Part shown: positions 51,608-64,000 of the stretch, one piece after another
How the letters are laid out: each line of letters opens with the position of its first letter
How positions within the stretch are numbered: position 1 is the stretch's first letter
Translations under genes and position numbers: made by a program
Source: Catajapyx aquilonaris
Lineage: Eukaryota
DNA length: 64,000 bases
Direction of reading: 5' to 3'
NCBI GenBank assembly: GCA_000934665.2
Contig: KZ538259.1
Location: forward strand, 1 to 64,000
The notes under the pieces: model-generated
Told to the model about the DNA's origin: nothing
Seen by the model: the letters and a program-made list of their open reading frames with translations, nothing else
Database searches by the model: none

Positions 51608-53614
51608 GTTCACTCTAGTTACATTATAAAGCGCTGGTCCAAGAGTGTGTGGACAGTGACCAACTAATGAGAACCCGCAGGAGACGTTCAGTGACCCACA
51701 TCCCTCTGACGTCACATGGTGCACTTGCTATCACTCCGCTTCGCCTGATGCCAACACCCTTCTTTGCCCGGAGGCGCCATAATTTATTGCAAGCTCGAGT
51801 AGACCAATCTGCGCAGGGTGAAATAATCCCCACGCTCACCTCCGGACATGAAAAGCGCGATGAGGCGCTGATGTGCAATAATACTTCACGCCCATTGCGG
51901 AAGAAAAAGGGCAGATGGAGAATGCCCAAAAATTTCCCAGTTTATGCAAAAAAAAATTGGAGAACGGTTTTTGAATTACCCTTTCTATCCCTGCCTTGGC
52001 GCTTGAAAATGAGCTTCAAATGGCTACTTTTTACGCAGCATAGGGAATAAGTCGCTCATGATGAACACTGCTGATGCTACTAGTTAGTATGATGTCACTT
52101 TTCCTGCTTTCTATTAAAAGGTAGCATTAGAAGCTTTCAGTTTTCCAGCCCACTGTCAGTGTTGGTTTTAGCATGGTTTTAAAGAGAGCCAAGAACGATT
52201 GAAACATTACGTCAGCAATTGACTCCATTCCGCAGTCGGGGGTTTTACACGCGCAAAAACAATGCGGTTTACAATCTGGTGCAGAACACCCTTTGCAAGC
52301 TTTGACGTGCAATGACCAGTATTTACGCCCATTACGCTCGATTTGCTATTTTAATAACAAATGTGCAAATGGATGTTATTGCACACAGTCATTTTGTGGA
52401 CTTACGTGCTCCACAAATCTTGCATGTAATAGTCTGAGTTCTCCGAATTAATTGGAACTTATAAAGCAATGAATGATGGCGGCATATTTTTCATAGCCTT
52501 CCCGGGAAATAACTCAGTGTTCTATAAACGACGTAATTCATCTAAGGAACCTACCCTCGTGCACAAATGAACTGAACTACTGTGTGTATTAATTTGTAGC
52601 GCTCAAGTGCAAATGCGTTGTGATGACCTTTTATCTTCCTGCAGGCGAAACTCGTGTAAAGCAGACCAACACATACTAATCGATTCACACGCAATAATCG
52701 GTCATATGTTTTGTACCCAACATATAAGTAATTTTCGCATTATTTACAGCACGCTACGTAAATACACTGTTAGTCATTTACTGTCTATATGAGAGACAAA
52801 CGATGGGCTTTGTTAATTCCGTGGGATTATGTGTAGGAATTCACAATATTTAATGAGAGATGTTATTTGACTAAGGGCCGGTTGAGTAATACAGTAAACT
52901 CAGAAGTGGTTGATCCCAAGTTATTAATTACTTGTTCTGGGTTTACTACCATCTATCACGCAAATGGCCCGTAGAGCTACTCAACTGGTTCTAAGTACAG
53001 CATATGAGTAATGACAGTAATGCACTTTGTGAGAAATAATTGCCTTTGACTTTACCGTAAGTACCGCATTTTTAGGGGCGGTTGTGAAAAAAGTCACTCT
53101 ACCGTGAACCACACTACATTCAGCACTTGAAAAATGCAGTTCATCTCCTTTTTCGCCACCGCCAAAGAAAATCGGATGCTGAGCTATATTCAAAAGTTAC
53201 ACAGCCTGCAACTGGAGTGGGGAATTGATATTCTGATACGAAGATATTCCGGTATAAAAAAGCAGCTTCGATCTGAGCCCGGCGGAATTGAAGTCTCAAC
53301 ATTGTAGCCCTACATCAACAGTTGCTAGCTGGAGCAATTCCATGAACATATTTCATTTCTGCCAATGTTGACCTAAAACTCGACGAATGAAAACCAAAAG
53401 AATCGAAATGTGCTTCACCTCCTTCAGTATCTAGAGATCTGACCAATACAGTGTTATTGCTGCCTGCCTTTTCAGGACCTCTCAGACCCTGTGTTACGTC
53501 CTGGCTGTCACAACACACCGCAATTGTTCAGCATTTGAGCTAAATGTTACACCCATTGTTCGGCATGTAGAAATCCACTGTCCAATTTTGTCAGTTTTTA
53601 GGTTTACGCCAGTA

Positions 53615-53977
53615 ACAAGGGAACGGCCAAGGTCGGTCGCCTCCGATTTGGATGAAACTCGCTTGAGGGGTCACTCATCTGCGATAGACACAGTGGTGAA
53701 TGTCCTAGATGCCACTGTCTAGCCGTTTACGAGATATGAGCACAAAAATCATAATTTTGCCCGCGCGTACAGGTGTCGGGCGGGAAGGGAAAAGTGGAAG
53801 GCCCGGAAATGCCCCTATATACACGCGGCCAAAATTCGGATGTTTCTGTAGCTCATATCTCGGAAATGGATGGACAGTGGCATCGAATACTTTCACCACT
53901 GTGTTTATAGCACACGAGTGACTCCTCAAGCGAGTTTCAACCAAATCGGAGGCGACCGACCAAGGTCGTACCCTTGT
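53615..53977. mobile_element. Long-TIR MITE (ACAAGGG ends), superfamily unassigned
   Basis: About 150 bp of imperfect inverted arms (ggtcggtcgcctccgatttgg / ccaaatcggaggcgaccgacc). Confidence 0.85.
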
Positions 53978-55425
53978 GAGTACAATCCGTTACACTAAAG
54001 AACGATTCAGCCCGCCTCCACCCAGCTCTTCCCTCCTCCCCGAATGGCTCTGCATGCTCAGAAGACACGGCTGGTGTGACGTCAGATCGTTCTTTGGTTT
54101 AAAGTACTATATACCTTATTCTGCTATATCCCTTGTTGAAACCATTCAGTCCTAAGTATTCAAAACGAGCCAGCAATCCAGGATTTCTGTCTTCACTGAG
54201 AGCACATGTTTCGTAGACGATCCATAATTCAACCTGAAAGCTTCGGTCAAGATTATGTCCACTAGACACAAGACAAGTGTCGGTTCGTGCCACCTTACAC
54301 GACAAGTCAGCACCAATTCGCTCACTCAACAAGCACGAACAGACATCTTCATTACCCTGTTTCGCATGCACCCCCGTCCAGTTTGGACCCAATCATGCCA
54401 CTGTGATCGTCCCCTAATTTTGATCGGGGACAGATCAGGCCAACATTTTTAGCACGATCTTGCCCATCCAACCGCCCCATCCAATCTCATTCTATTGCTC
54501 CTATGAACGTGACGCAATTAGTGTCTAATTGATACATTCATTTCCTTTGTGGCCTGTGTTTTGCTGTTGTACTGCTGCCGGATCGTGGGAATTTTAATAA
54601 TCTATTAGCCGTCATGGGTTGGATGGGCTTCAAACAATGTGCCCTTCCTCCTAATTGCTGCGTTCACGAATCCTGGAGGTTGTGCACTGCCATTGTGGAA
54701 CACTTTTGTAGTCCTTGTTCCTGCTGCTCTGTTTTGGGTTCCGAGTTAGTGCGGGGCCAGCAATATTATTAACGAGCATTGTTGTATTTTTAAGAGTCAT
54801 GAATGGGAGGTTATTTTCCGGTGAAAAGGGCGCGTATCAACCTGGCTTATGGACAGTAGGGGGGACACAAAAATGTAACATGCATGCGACGTAATTCGAG
54901 GATTTGAGCCCATATATGATTATATCATGTCTACCAGTATATCCCGAATTTTGGGCTTGTGTGCATGCTTGGACATTAATACTTGATTATCTCACAGAAT
55001 GGAGTGGTGGTTTGTGGAAGAGTATTGTCTCCATGTAAGGAATGTTGTGTGAGTTTTTAAACAACGTTTTATGTCAAGCTGGGATTTAAAACGATTGTGA
55101 TGCTGCGAATAGCTTTATGCGTCATAAATTGAGTGGTTTTCGGCTCAGTTTAAATTATTTTTGACCACGCTTGCCCATAATATATTAACAGAACGATCAG
55201 ACATATTTTATCCTAAATTGAGTTAAGCATTGCGTCATGACTTGTACTTATTGTTCCTCAAATCAGTTTTTTTGGAGCAATAACTGAATGCCCTTTTCGC
55301 AATTTATGGGCGGCGTGAAATGTCCTATAAGTAGGCCTATACTATATGAGTGATTTTCACAACAACGGGCTAACCCACATTTTGCAAAAAAAAAATGCAG
55401 AAAATTAAAGTAATGTGAAAATATA

Positions 55426-55734
55426 ATAGAATTAATAATTAATAATTTGTACCCCGTGCTAGGGCCATGGGCCCTCTTAGGGGGGTGGGATACCACCATA
55501 TTTTTTTATCTGGAACTCTTGCTTTCGTTTTTACTTCTCGTATATGGGGATGGGATAGAGACGGAAGGAAGCGGCTGTGGCCTATAATTACGGACACGAC
55601 CCCGGAATTTTCCTGGTGAGACCATGGGAAACCACAGAAAACCACTGTCAGGGTCGGCGGCCACCAGGATTCGAACCCAGGACCTCCCGATTAGCAGTCG
55701 GATACCACATCCCCTCCGCTACCACTGCTTCAGT
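55426..55734 (-). mobile_element. SINE family A
   Basis: Intact copy with 15-bp TSD taatgtgaaaatata at 55411 and 55735. Confidence 0.9.
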
Positions 55735-58487
55735 TAATGTGAAAATATATTAACTGCACAACAAAAAATCTCATATATTGGCACACATCTGAAGAGTTTC
55801 TTACAGGTTGAAGATGAATAAAGAATATTATCCATTTCCATCATTACGGCTACGTTGTGGGTTAGCCCATTGTTGCAGCAAGCCCTTGAAATTTGTCTGA
55901 GTCCCCCCTGGCAGCTTATTCTTGATAATCGTGACTCAAATTATGAGCAAAAAATGAGTCACAATTGCTCATTCTTGAGTGAAATCTTCACTTCAAACGT
56001 GCTCCAAACACATCCGTCATTATGTTGCGGACTCTCGACCTTTTCTATAAAAAAACGCGTAACGTAATAACTTAACGTGATCATAAGGTCACAACCGGTA
56101 ATGAGTCAATGAGGCCTTCCGTGACCAAATTGGTAACACGATAATTTCCATCATGTGACCTCTCATTAACGATGACCGATACTGAGTCACGGTTATCATC
56201 TTCATTAGGCAGTTCGGAAACCGATACTCTAGGCGGCTTCTGCATTACTATGTTGACATTGTTGTCGCATAAGTGATGGTAAGCCAGCTCATTACTTAAG
56301 ACTCATTACCCCCGCTCGGCAGGCATATTGCCAGTCAGCCCTTTATAGAAGGGGAGTGCAGGGGAAGGATGAGGGAGGAAAAGACCCTTTTGAAATGACT
56401 TGATCGCCTGGGAATGACTTTGCCCCTTTCACCGATTCATCCGGGCTTCCTTAATCCGGCGGATAATAACGCGACAACCTTAAGTGGGCGTGATCGTAAT
56501 GAGCCGATCAAGAAAGCAATTAGGCCAACTTGGTCATTCATAATTGCGCGGCCGAGCTTCTAAAGCTAGGAAGGTGAGGGAGGCTGTAATTTTAATGAGA
56601 ACCCTTCTTTTTTGAGGGGAGGTCGTATTTAACGCAGGATGGAGATGAATTGTCGAAGGTGGCCCGGGTGACATGTTTCCCACTGGTGAAAATGGTTGAA
56701 AAATCGGGCTACACGTGTTCACCTGACAGTTTTCACCTACGCGGGACCAGGACCAACTGTGATTAGTACAGCGAGGGAGGTGTTTCAACATGAAACGGCT
56801 AATATTGACTCGGCACTTTATTGTACACGGGTACAACAAGCGCAAGTGAGCCGTGCCTGGCTCAATAGAACAGACTCGCCACTCGAATTGACTGTACGTG
56901 TATGCCAAGGGCAAGAAATTCCGGTTGCTGCATCATTATTTCAGTTTTGCATGTCCAGAAAACTGATCAAAAATGTGCCCTCAAACCGCTTTTTAATTGA
57001 AGTACTGTCGGTGCAAGTAAGCTGCGTACTTGATTTGGGCAGATACATTATTTAGTGCCAATTATCCGCGCATGTTATATCTATTTTGTGCATCATGTAT
57101 TTAATTACTAGGCTCAGGTGTTTGATTACAGCGGATTACAGCGACCAGGATTTACCCCTTGCAACGCAGCAATTTTCTAACAAACGAGGCACATGGGTTG
57201 TCTAACTGACAGGATGAACAAGTTGGGCAGCCCACACTTCAGGATGAACGGAACCCGTTCCGTTCATCCTGACGTGTGGGCTGCCCGCGAGACGGGACAG
57301 TTCTTTTTGAAAATGTTGATACAGCCCTGTTAGATTGATCGTAGTGGAACATTGTACTGTACCACGACACTCATATGGCCGCCTGACTGGCCAAAGGCTC
57401 CATGAGCAAACAGTACCAAGGCAACGAACAGTCTTGGTATAAAGTAGCGTCCAGTCTGCTCCTTTGGCCAGACCAGAACCACCATCCTTCTGGCGAATGT
57501 GCCCGTTAGAACAAACACTTTGCCCCCCCCCCNNNNNNNNNNNNNNNNNNNNCCCCCCCCCCCTCCCCCCCCACCTCTCTTCCCCTAGCCATTTGCATAT
57601 CAAAGCGTCCAGCCTTGGATAAAAGGGCTGCGGGTAATACAGATTGGGGTTTACGGCAGCCAGCCGAGAAAGTGACTTGTGCTGGCCAGGTGCATGCACC
57701 AGCTTGCTAGCCTATCTTGCCCGCATGAAACATTCATGTTGCCTTTCAACTCCATCGCACAACTTCTTGCTTCTCTAAGCCCCACCCCCCACAAGATGCC
57801 TCATCTCAGACCATTACCTAGAGTCAGGCACTATGCAGTGGTTGCGGTAGATTCGGAAGGATTGACACCGGATTTGCTTGTTGTGTACAATCAGCTTCGG
57901 ATGGTTGGGACTGGTAATGGCCATTGGCTGATTTAGGAATTGGAGCATGGCGGGTTGCCACACCTTAAATAATAAACAAGTGCGATTTTCCGACCTTCCA
58001 ATTGTTGTGAAGTATCGGCACAAACATGGTGGCAAGTGTCAACATGGCTGACCGCTTGTGGGTGGTCAACTTGGAGGATTGTTTGATTTTACACTCGATT
58101 TGAAACTTTTGGGAGTTCCCTAAAATGCGCTGTACTGTACGTGCATAGCCAGTAGCCTTGGCACAAGCAATTATTTGGGGAAGCGACGTTGCAAGTGACG
58201 AAAAAAAGTGGGGCGTGTTACCTGGCGAGCTTACACCTACGAACGTGCAACATCACCACGGTAGACTCGCGGAACCGTGTAATTATGTTACATGCAAACC
58301 TGCATGTAATAAACAAGTCTGATATGTAGCGTAAAAATGACTGGCCGTATATAGCTGTGATATCCTATTCGCATTTCGGAAACCTGGTTTTTCGGCGTAT
58401 GATGTTGGGAATATTTCATGCTCATTTTCAAGATTATCGTTGAGTCGTTCTCCTGCTAGCGTTTCAATGTAATTGTTACTATCACTA

Positions 58488-58696
58488 ACTTCCTCTGTGG
58501 TCCCGAGTTCGATTTCCTGTCGGACGGATGATTTTCTCATTTAGGCAGGGTTTCGATTGGTTCTCTCCGTGCTCGTGTGGGTTTTCTCGCCTGTTTCTTC
58601 ACACAATCAAAATCCATCAGACAGTAATGTTGTCAGTAATTCAAGTAGCTCTTTTTAAAAGCCCATCTCCTAATCCCCTGCAGGCCTGTCAGAGCA

Positions 58697-58760
<64 letters not shown>
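58488..58760 (+). mobile_element. Degenerate SINE family B with (ATT)n tail
   Basis: ggtcccgagttcgat..tcggacgga..ttctctccgtgctcgtgtgggttttctc..tcaaaatccatca matches the 46957 copy. Confidence 0.7.
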
Positions 58761-58762
<2 letters not shown>

Positions 58763-61187
58763 ATACCGAAGTAATACAAATTCGTCGCATGAGATTTCAA
58801 TATGGCTTGAATCAGTGCACTCACGTTCCTTTCCTCTCATTTACCAGTAGAGCGTACTATAGGTGATATCTTATGACCGGAACTATACAGTATATTTTAG
58901 GCTCGAGAAATAGCGCTCGATAAAACAGTAACTCAACACCTATTGGAATTTTATTCCGATTCTCTGCATGACGTCAAGGTACGGATTTGCTTCAGATACT
59001 CGACGCTGACTCAACATGTCACTACCCCCAGAAACAAAACCGAAACCTCTCTAGTCCTGTCCTACTGTACCCTGGCCCTTGGGTTGTCCCGAAGGAAGCG
59101 CCTGCAGATTTTTAGGGACTGGGCAAGGGACAGGTTCCAAAAGGGTCTTTTCTGGCGCCCTCAGGAGCGCCTTCAAAGCAAGTCACCGGAGGGAAGCGCC
59201 CAGAAGGCTTATCGGTCCTTTCCGCTCAAAAAGAACCTTCCAAAAGGCGGAAGCTGGTAGATTGGAAATCGTTAGTCAGGTCATAGCCTAGGACATGAAG
59301 CCAATCCTGGCCACACCCCTGCACAGGTGCGCCTCCGACCTCACTAATGTGTCAATACCACCATAATCACGCCATCGGCTGGGAAACATTTCTTCGGCGC
59401 GCCACGTGAACAAAGCGTGTCTGCATGACGCCAACTTGTAACGGTTTTTCCCGCCAACTCTCTAACGGAAAACTCACCATGAGAGTGTTCCGTGTATCCC
59501 GGCATCCATCCGCCTGGGCTGTCTGCACACCTCAACTCCGGACCCCGTCCCAGGACTCACTGGGTCGCCTCTAACATTTTCCCGCACTCACTCCACACGC
59601 GTCACATGATCGAACCATAATAGGCATACCCCTCAACCTCCCCGGTCCTCCCACTGCGCCAGTTGCCTACAGATGTGTACGTGTACACCCAACCCCCTCT
59701 ACTCTTCCCTGCCCACCCCCTCAGGATAGACGCTCCGCTGGAATGCGGACTGCAAATCAATGCATAATTCACTTTTACCCAATTTCAGGCACCCCAACCC
59801 CCACCCTGCATCTGGGAAATTTTCACAGACGTGATTTCTGCCCGAAATTTACGACGGAAAAGTGTTGGGTAACTCTGGGTGATGACTAATTTGTGGCTGT
59901 CTGTTTATTGCAGAATGCTGCCTGACCAGTGTCAAGTTTTCGTTACTTTATTGCATTTTTTTGTGAATTTGTCTTCGAATTTTAGATTTATGTGTAAGCA
60001 ATTTAAGAAAATTGCAATGCTGGTCACAAGCAGCTGATATGTCAATATTACCAATATTAAGCCCATAATTATGTGATATTGAGTCTAGCTGGTAGGATTG
60101 ACAAAAATGGCAGTTTTAACAATATTAAGACAGTGCACAATGGCTTGGTTACCTAACAATTAATGGCTTATGATATAAATATTGAAACTACTAATATCCT
60201 TGAAAGCATATCCGCATATCCACAAACATCATGCTTAAACACGAAAAAAAACTGTCCCTAGTAACAAACCATAACCCAGGCTTCCCTTTCCCAGCTGTTA
60301 CGTAACCTATTGACGAACTGCCCTTCTGGAAAATCCCCCCTGTAATAATAACCACGCTATGGAATCCAGACAGCCAATTTCCCGTGCATTTTAACCCCCG
60401 CAAGGAAGATATCGGCAATGATTGTTCTGCGACGCTTCCCCCTATACCATCAACAGGTTGCTGGTTTGTCTCTGCCTACTCAAGACGATCGGTGAAGCCA
60501 AAACCCTAGTGGGAAAAACGCACCCTTTTTGTCCAAACGTGACACATCATTGGCGACATTTTCGTCTGTCGGGCAGGAAAGGCCCACCTGAGCCATTTCC
60601 TGCCTTCCATGGAATCCATTTCCGGTAGTTAGCAAGCCAGTGCTTCAGTGGTTCAGGGAAAAATCACCGATAGGCTCTCTCTTTTTTTGAAACTAGAGGT
60701 GCTGATTCAAGAGAGACCTCTAGGTCTCATGGGAGACACTATCGATCCCACCATCGTGATAATCCTCTTTTCCAACTGTTTTACGAGCTATAATTCGCGC
60801 TTAGGACATGGCGACATGTGGTGCATCGTGCATGAGGAATTATTTTGACAAATAAAGCTCCTACCTGGGAAGGGGAGTTGACAGCATGGCAAAAAAAGGG
60901 GGGCGTAGTGATATGCTCTTTCAGGACGTGAAACATGGTTCGGCACGCATTATCCGTTTTGCGAGGCCAGCTTACGTGGAACTTATCTGTCATGCACCTG
61001 TATGTGGTCGTAACTCTGTTATCCTGTAACCAGGTCGTGCACGCCCATTCGATGTCTCTCTGTGTGCGCCAATGTCAACTTCATTTTGGAGAGTTATGTC
61101 TAGGTTCTGGGAAAGTTTGAGTATTAAATAGGCCTATTAGCGTTATCCAGGTTGATAATACCCGACCTGAAGCTAATATTGATAAAA

Positions 61188-61366
61188 TACCGTCAATTGG
61201 TGTGAGATTGTGCCAGCACATTTTTGGACAACAGTGCGCCCTACCGGGAATTGTCCTCATTGCCAACTTTGATCATCCCGAAATGTAGTAAAACATGCCT
61301 ATACTGCCAGTAGGGCACACTGTTGTCCAAAAATGTGCTGGCACAATCTCACCCCAATTGACGGTA
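61188..61366. mobile_element. pogo-like MITE
   Basis: TA-CCGTCAATTGG(G/T)GTGAGATTG ends and ~57-bp near-perfect TIRs. Confidence 0.88.
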
Positions 61367-61431
61367 TATTATTGCCATGTGACCATATGAAATGCTCAGG
61401 CAGACCTCGTCCATCGAGAGTAACTTCTTCC

Positions 61432-61601
61432 GGAAGGACTTTCATATCGGTTGACCGAATTTGGCAGGGGTAGGGGTACGCTGTACCAACCTACCCCATG
61501 ACCTGCCTATCCTTCCCGGCGGATACACACCTATCCTTCAGCGGATACACGCCTAGGAAAGTAGGTAAAAGTGCGAGGTCTCTCCAAGTGAAAGCGTAGC
61601 C
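61432..61601 (-). repeat. Interspersed repeat family E (copy 3)
   Basis: Reverse complement of the 41086 and 44578 copies. Confidence 0.8.
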
Positions 61602-62608
61602 CTTCTTACCACAATATTAGAACCGATTTTACACTATTCGCAAAAACTGAGCCAGATTTTTCCCGCAGTATCATCCCTTCCATTTCTCAGCGTATATAAT
61701 CCCGCAAAACATGCAGCAGAACAGAACCCTTCGCCAAAATCCCCCGGCACAACGGCATTAAAAGTGGTCATATAAAAGAAGCTAGACAACTGAGCCGCAT
61801 ATCTGACATGACTACAGAATAATGTGGTGTTATTTTAGGTGCGAGCTCCATGGCTTTGCTACAAATGACAGCGGATTTTGTCCGGAAACAACCCCCCTTT
61901 TTTGTCCTCTCATTTGACATCCCCGCGCTCCTATCCAACCTACCCAAGATGGCAGATTTTGGGCACAAACCTGACAAGAATCGCCTCTCGTTTGCTCCCA
62001 TCCGGTCGAAAAGGATTGGTTAAGCTTATCTTCGGACCCCCCTAAACCCTTGGAAGAAAATGGAAAAGAATTTCTTTGCGTGCGTCTTCTCTTGGCCTCG
62101 CAACTACTCAGGACCATTCACCAACTCGATGCTCTCAGGAAAGCACAATTACTGACCAACAAAGCACATTCTACCACCTTCTGCTCTTGGATCAACACAC
62201 TAAACTATCCTTGGTTCCAATCCACTCAGGAAAAAAAAAAAAAAATCGAAACCTGAGTGCACATTTTAAGTTTGGATGAAATTAACTGTCAGTTGACATA
62301 GAGCCGAATGACGGAAATTCATTTGCAAAATAAAAATAAAAATAATCCAATTTGCAACAAAGCTCCTCATTTATCCGATCTGACAGGCGATGACCGAAAG
62401 GATGGTAATATATGAATATGGCCTGTCAATGACGGACAAAATTTTATGCTAATAGGTACGTTGCATTTATGGATATGACTACAACCATTTAAGGGTGCTT
62501 ACAAAATGCTAGAATTTTGTTTTTAAATAGATGGACAGAACCCCTGCATATCTCATGTCTAGCAAGTGTTCTTCGTGGAATTTTGTCCTGAAAGATATAC
62601 CAGGGTGT

Positions 62609-62886
62609 AACCGAAGCTGGTTGGTGTAGGGGATAAGGAGCCCGATTGCTAATCCGGAGGTCCTGGGTTCGAATCCCGGGGCCGGCGACCCTGACCATGG
62701 TTTTCTGTGGTTTTCCATGGTCCCCTCCAGGACAATTCCGGGGTCGTTTCCGTAAAAAATAGGCAACAGCCGCTTCCATCCTTCCCTATCCCTGGTCCCA
62801 TCCAATGGTGGTAATCCACACCCCCTAAGGGAGCCAAAGGCTCTAGCACGGGGCATGATAAATACGTAATTACATAAATAAAATAA
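62609..62886 (+). mobile_element. SINE family A inserted into a MITE terminus
   Basis: 14-bp TSD atataccagggtgt at 62595 and 62887, which duplicates the MITE's left end. Confidence 0.9.
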
Positions 62887-62889
62887 ATA

Positions 62890-63128
62890 TACCAGGGTGT
62901 TCCAAATTCGTGGGTCGTTTTTTATAACTGATATCGCCCGATAGAAGTTATTCTTTGGTAGCTTGTTGTGCCCCGATCCAGGTTCCCAATTATACCCAGG
63001 GTATCGAATATAGCAGTTGCTATAGAATGGGGTTCACCGCGGTTAGGGGCACAGCAAGCTACAAAAATAACTACTATCGGGCAATATCAGTTATAAAAAA
63101 CGACGCACGAATTTGGAACACCCTGGTG
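62890..63128. mobile_element. Tc1/mariner-type MITE
   Basis: ccagggtgttccaaattcgtg/cacgaatttggaacaccctgg with ~80-bp arms. Confidence 0.85.
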
Positions 63129-64000
63129 TACCCTACTCATTCAATTCTTTTAAAAAAAAGTAGGCTTAATAACCTAAATTCCATTGCATGGTGCACTATA
63201 CTCACAAAAAAGTTACTAAGCATGTACAGTGTTTTAATATTACAATAGGGCAAAGGACAGCCCTACGTTCATAAGTTACTAACCACCCACCTATTGTAAT
63301 TTTTGGCATCTCGTGGTTTCTGATTTTAGCCACATGTCGTGATGGTGATGATGATGATAAGATCTTATCAAGACATGAAACAAGCTTACTATGTACAAAA
63401 CTACAAATATAATCAAATGTTCAAAAACCACAGAGACTGTAAAATCCTTGCATTTTCAAAGCGAACGATTTCCCGGAAATGACTTTCCCCCCAAATCTGA
63501 AGCGGATGGTCCTCGTTACTGAAGGTAAATAAAGTCAAGAGTTGGCGAAAAGGGTGGCGGAGAGGTGGGAGCTGGAAGCCAGGGGGGGGAGTGGGAAAAG
63601 GCGGGGAATATATATAAAAAAAACAGAGTGTGTCAGTAGCGGAAGTGGCGTGTGAATGTTGGCCTGACTTGATTTCGTGTTAACTTTGTCCAATCCGGGA
63701 CACCCTATAAAAAAAATGATGGAAGAAAAGAAAACTTGTGTTTCAAAGGGGAAGATGTGAGTGAGGACTGAGGATGGAAAAGACCCTAACAAGAAGCGTC
63801 GTCAGATGATTCCGAAGGAGGTTGGCATTCCACTCAGATGCCTCTAGGTTGTTGTTCTCTCTCCAGGCCAAAATAGTTTAATTCGACGAAAGTTTAGTGG
63901 GTCTGGGAATCCATTAGGAACGGCTTTGGGCGCCTCCGGAAGGGCGAATCACAAACACAAGTGATACACTGCTCAAAAGACTCGTTTCCATTGCAAACAG

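Noticed and set aside
57608..57640. L2-like 3' loop gccttggataaaag
   Set aside because: It is an isolated short match with no adjoining LINE sequence or tail.

Overview
Eukaryotic, almost certainly arthropod and probably insect, genomic DNA from a draft assembly with three N-gaps flanked by C/G runs. It holds one clear protein-coding gene: a B-type muscarinic acetylcholine receptor on the minus strand. Its whole 7TM region lies in one ~2.7 kb exon (15257-17951). That exon begins at a splice acceptor and has no in-frame ATG before TM1, so the start exon probably lies far upstream and much of 18-64 kb may be intron or 5' region. The rest is dense in short mobile elements: about 16 SINE or SINE-like copies in four families (three with tRNA-derived heads), many with target-site duplications; numerous TIR MITEs (Tc1/mariner, pogo, hAT, piggyBac-like); one non-autonomous Helitron; and micro/minisatellites. 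The most interesting signal is a modular SINE system. Unrelated heads and bodies share one covarying 3' stem-loop, and several carry an ATTGCAC(TCC) motif matching the U1A-binding loop of U1 snRNA. There is also a foldback element built from two head-to-head 3' ends of a DD41D-like transposase. All alignments and folds were done by eye; no database searches were run.
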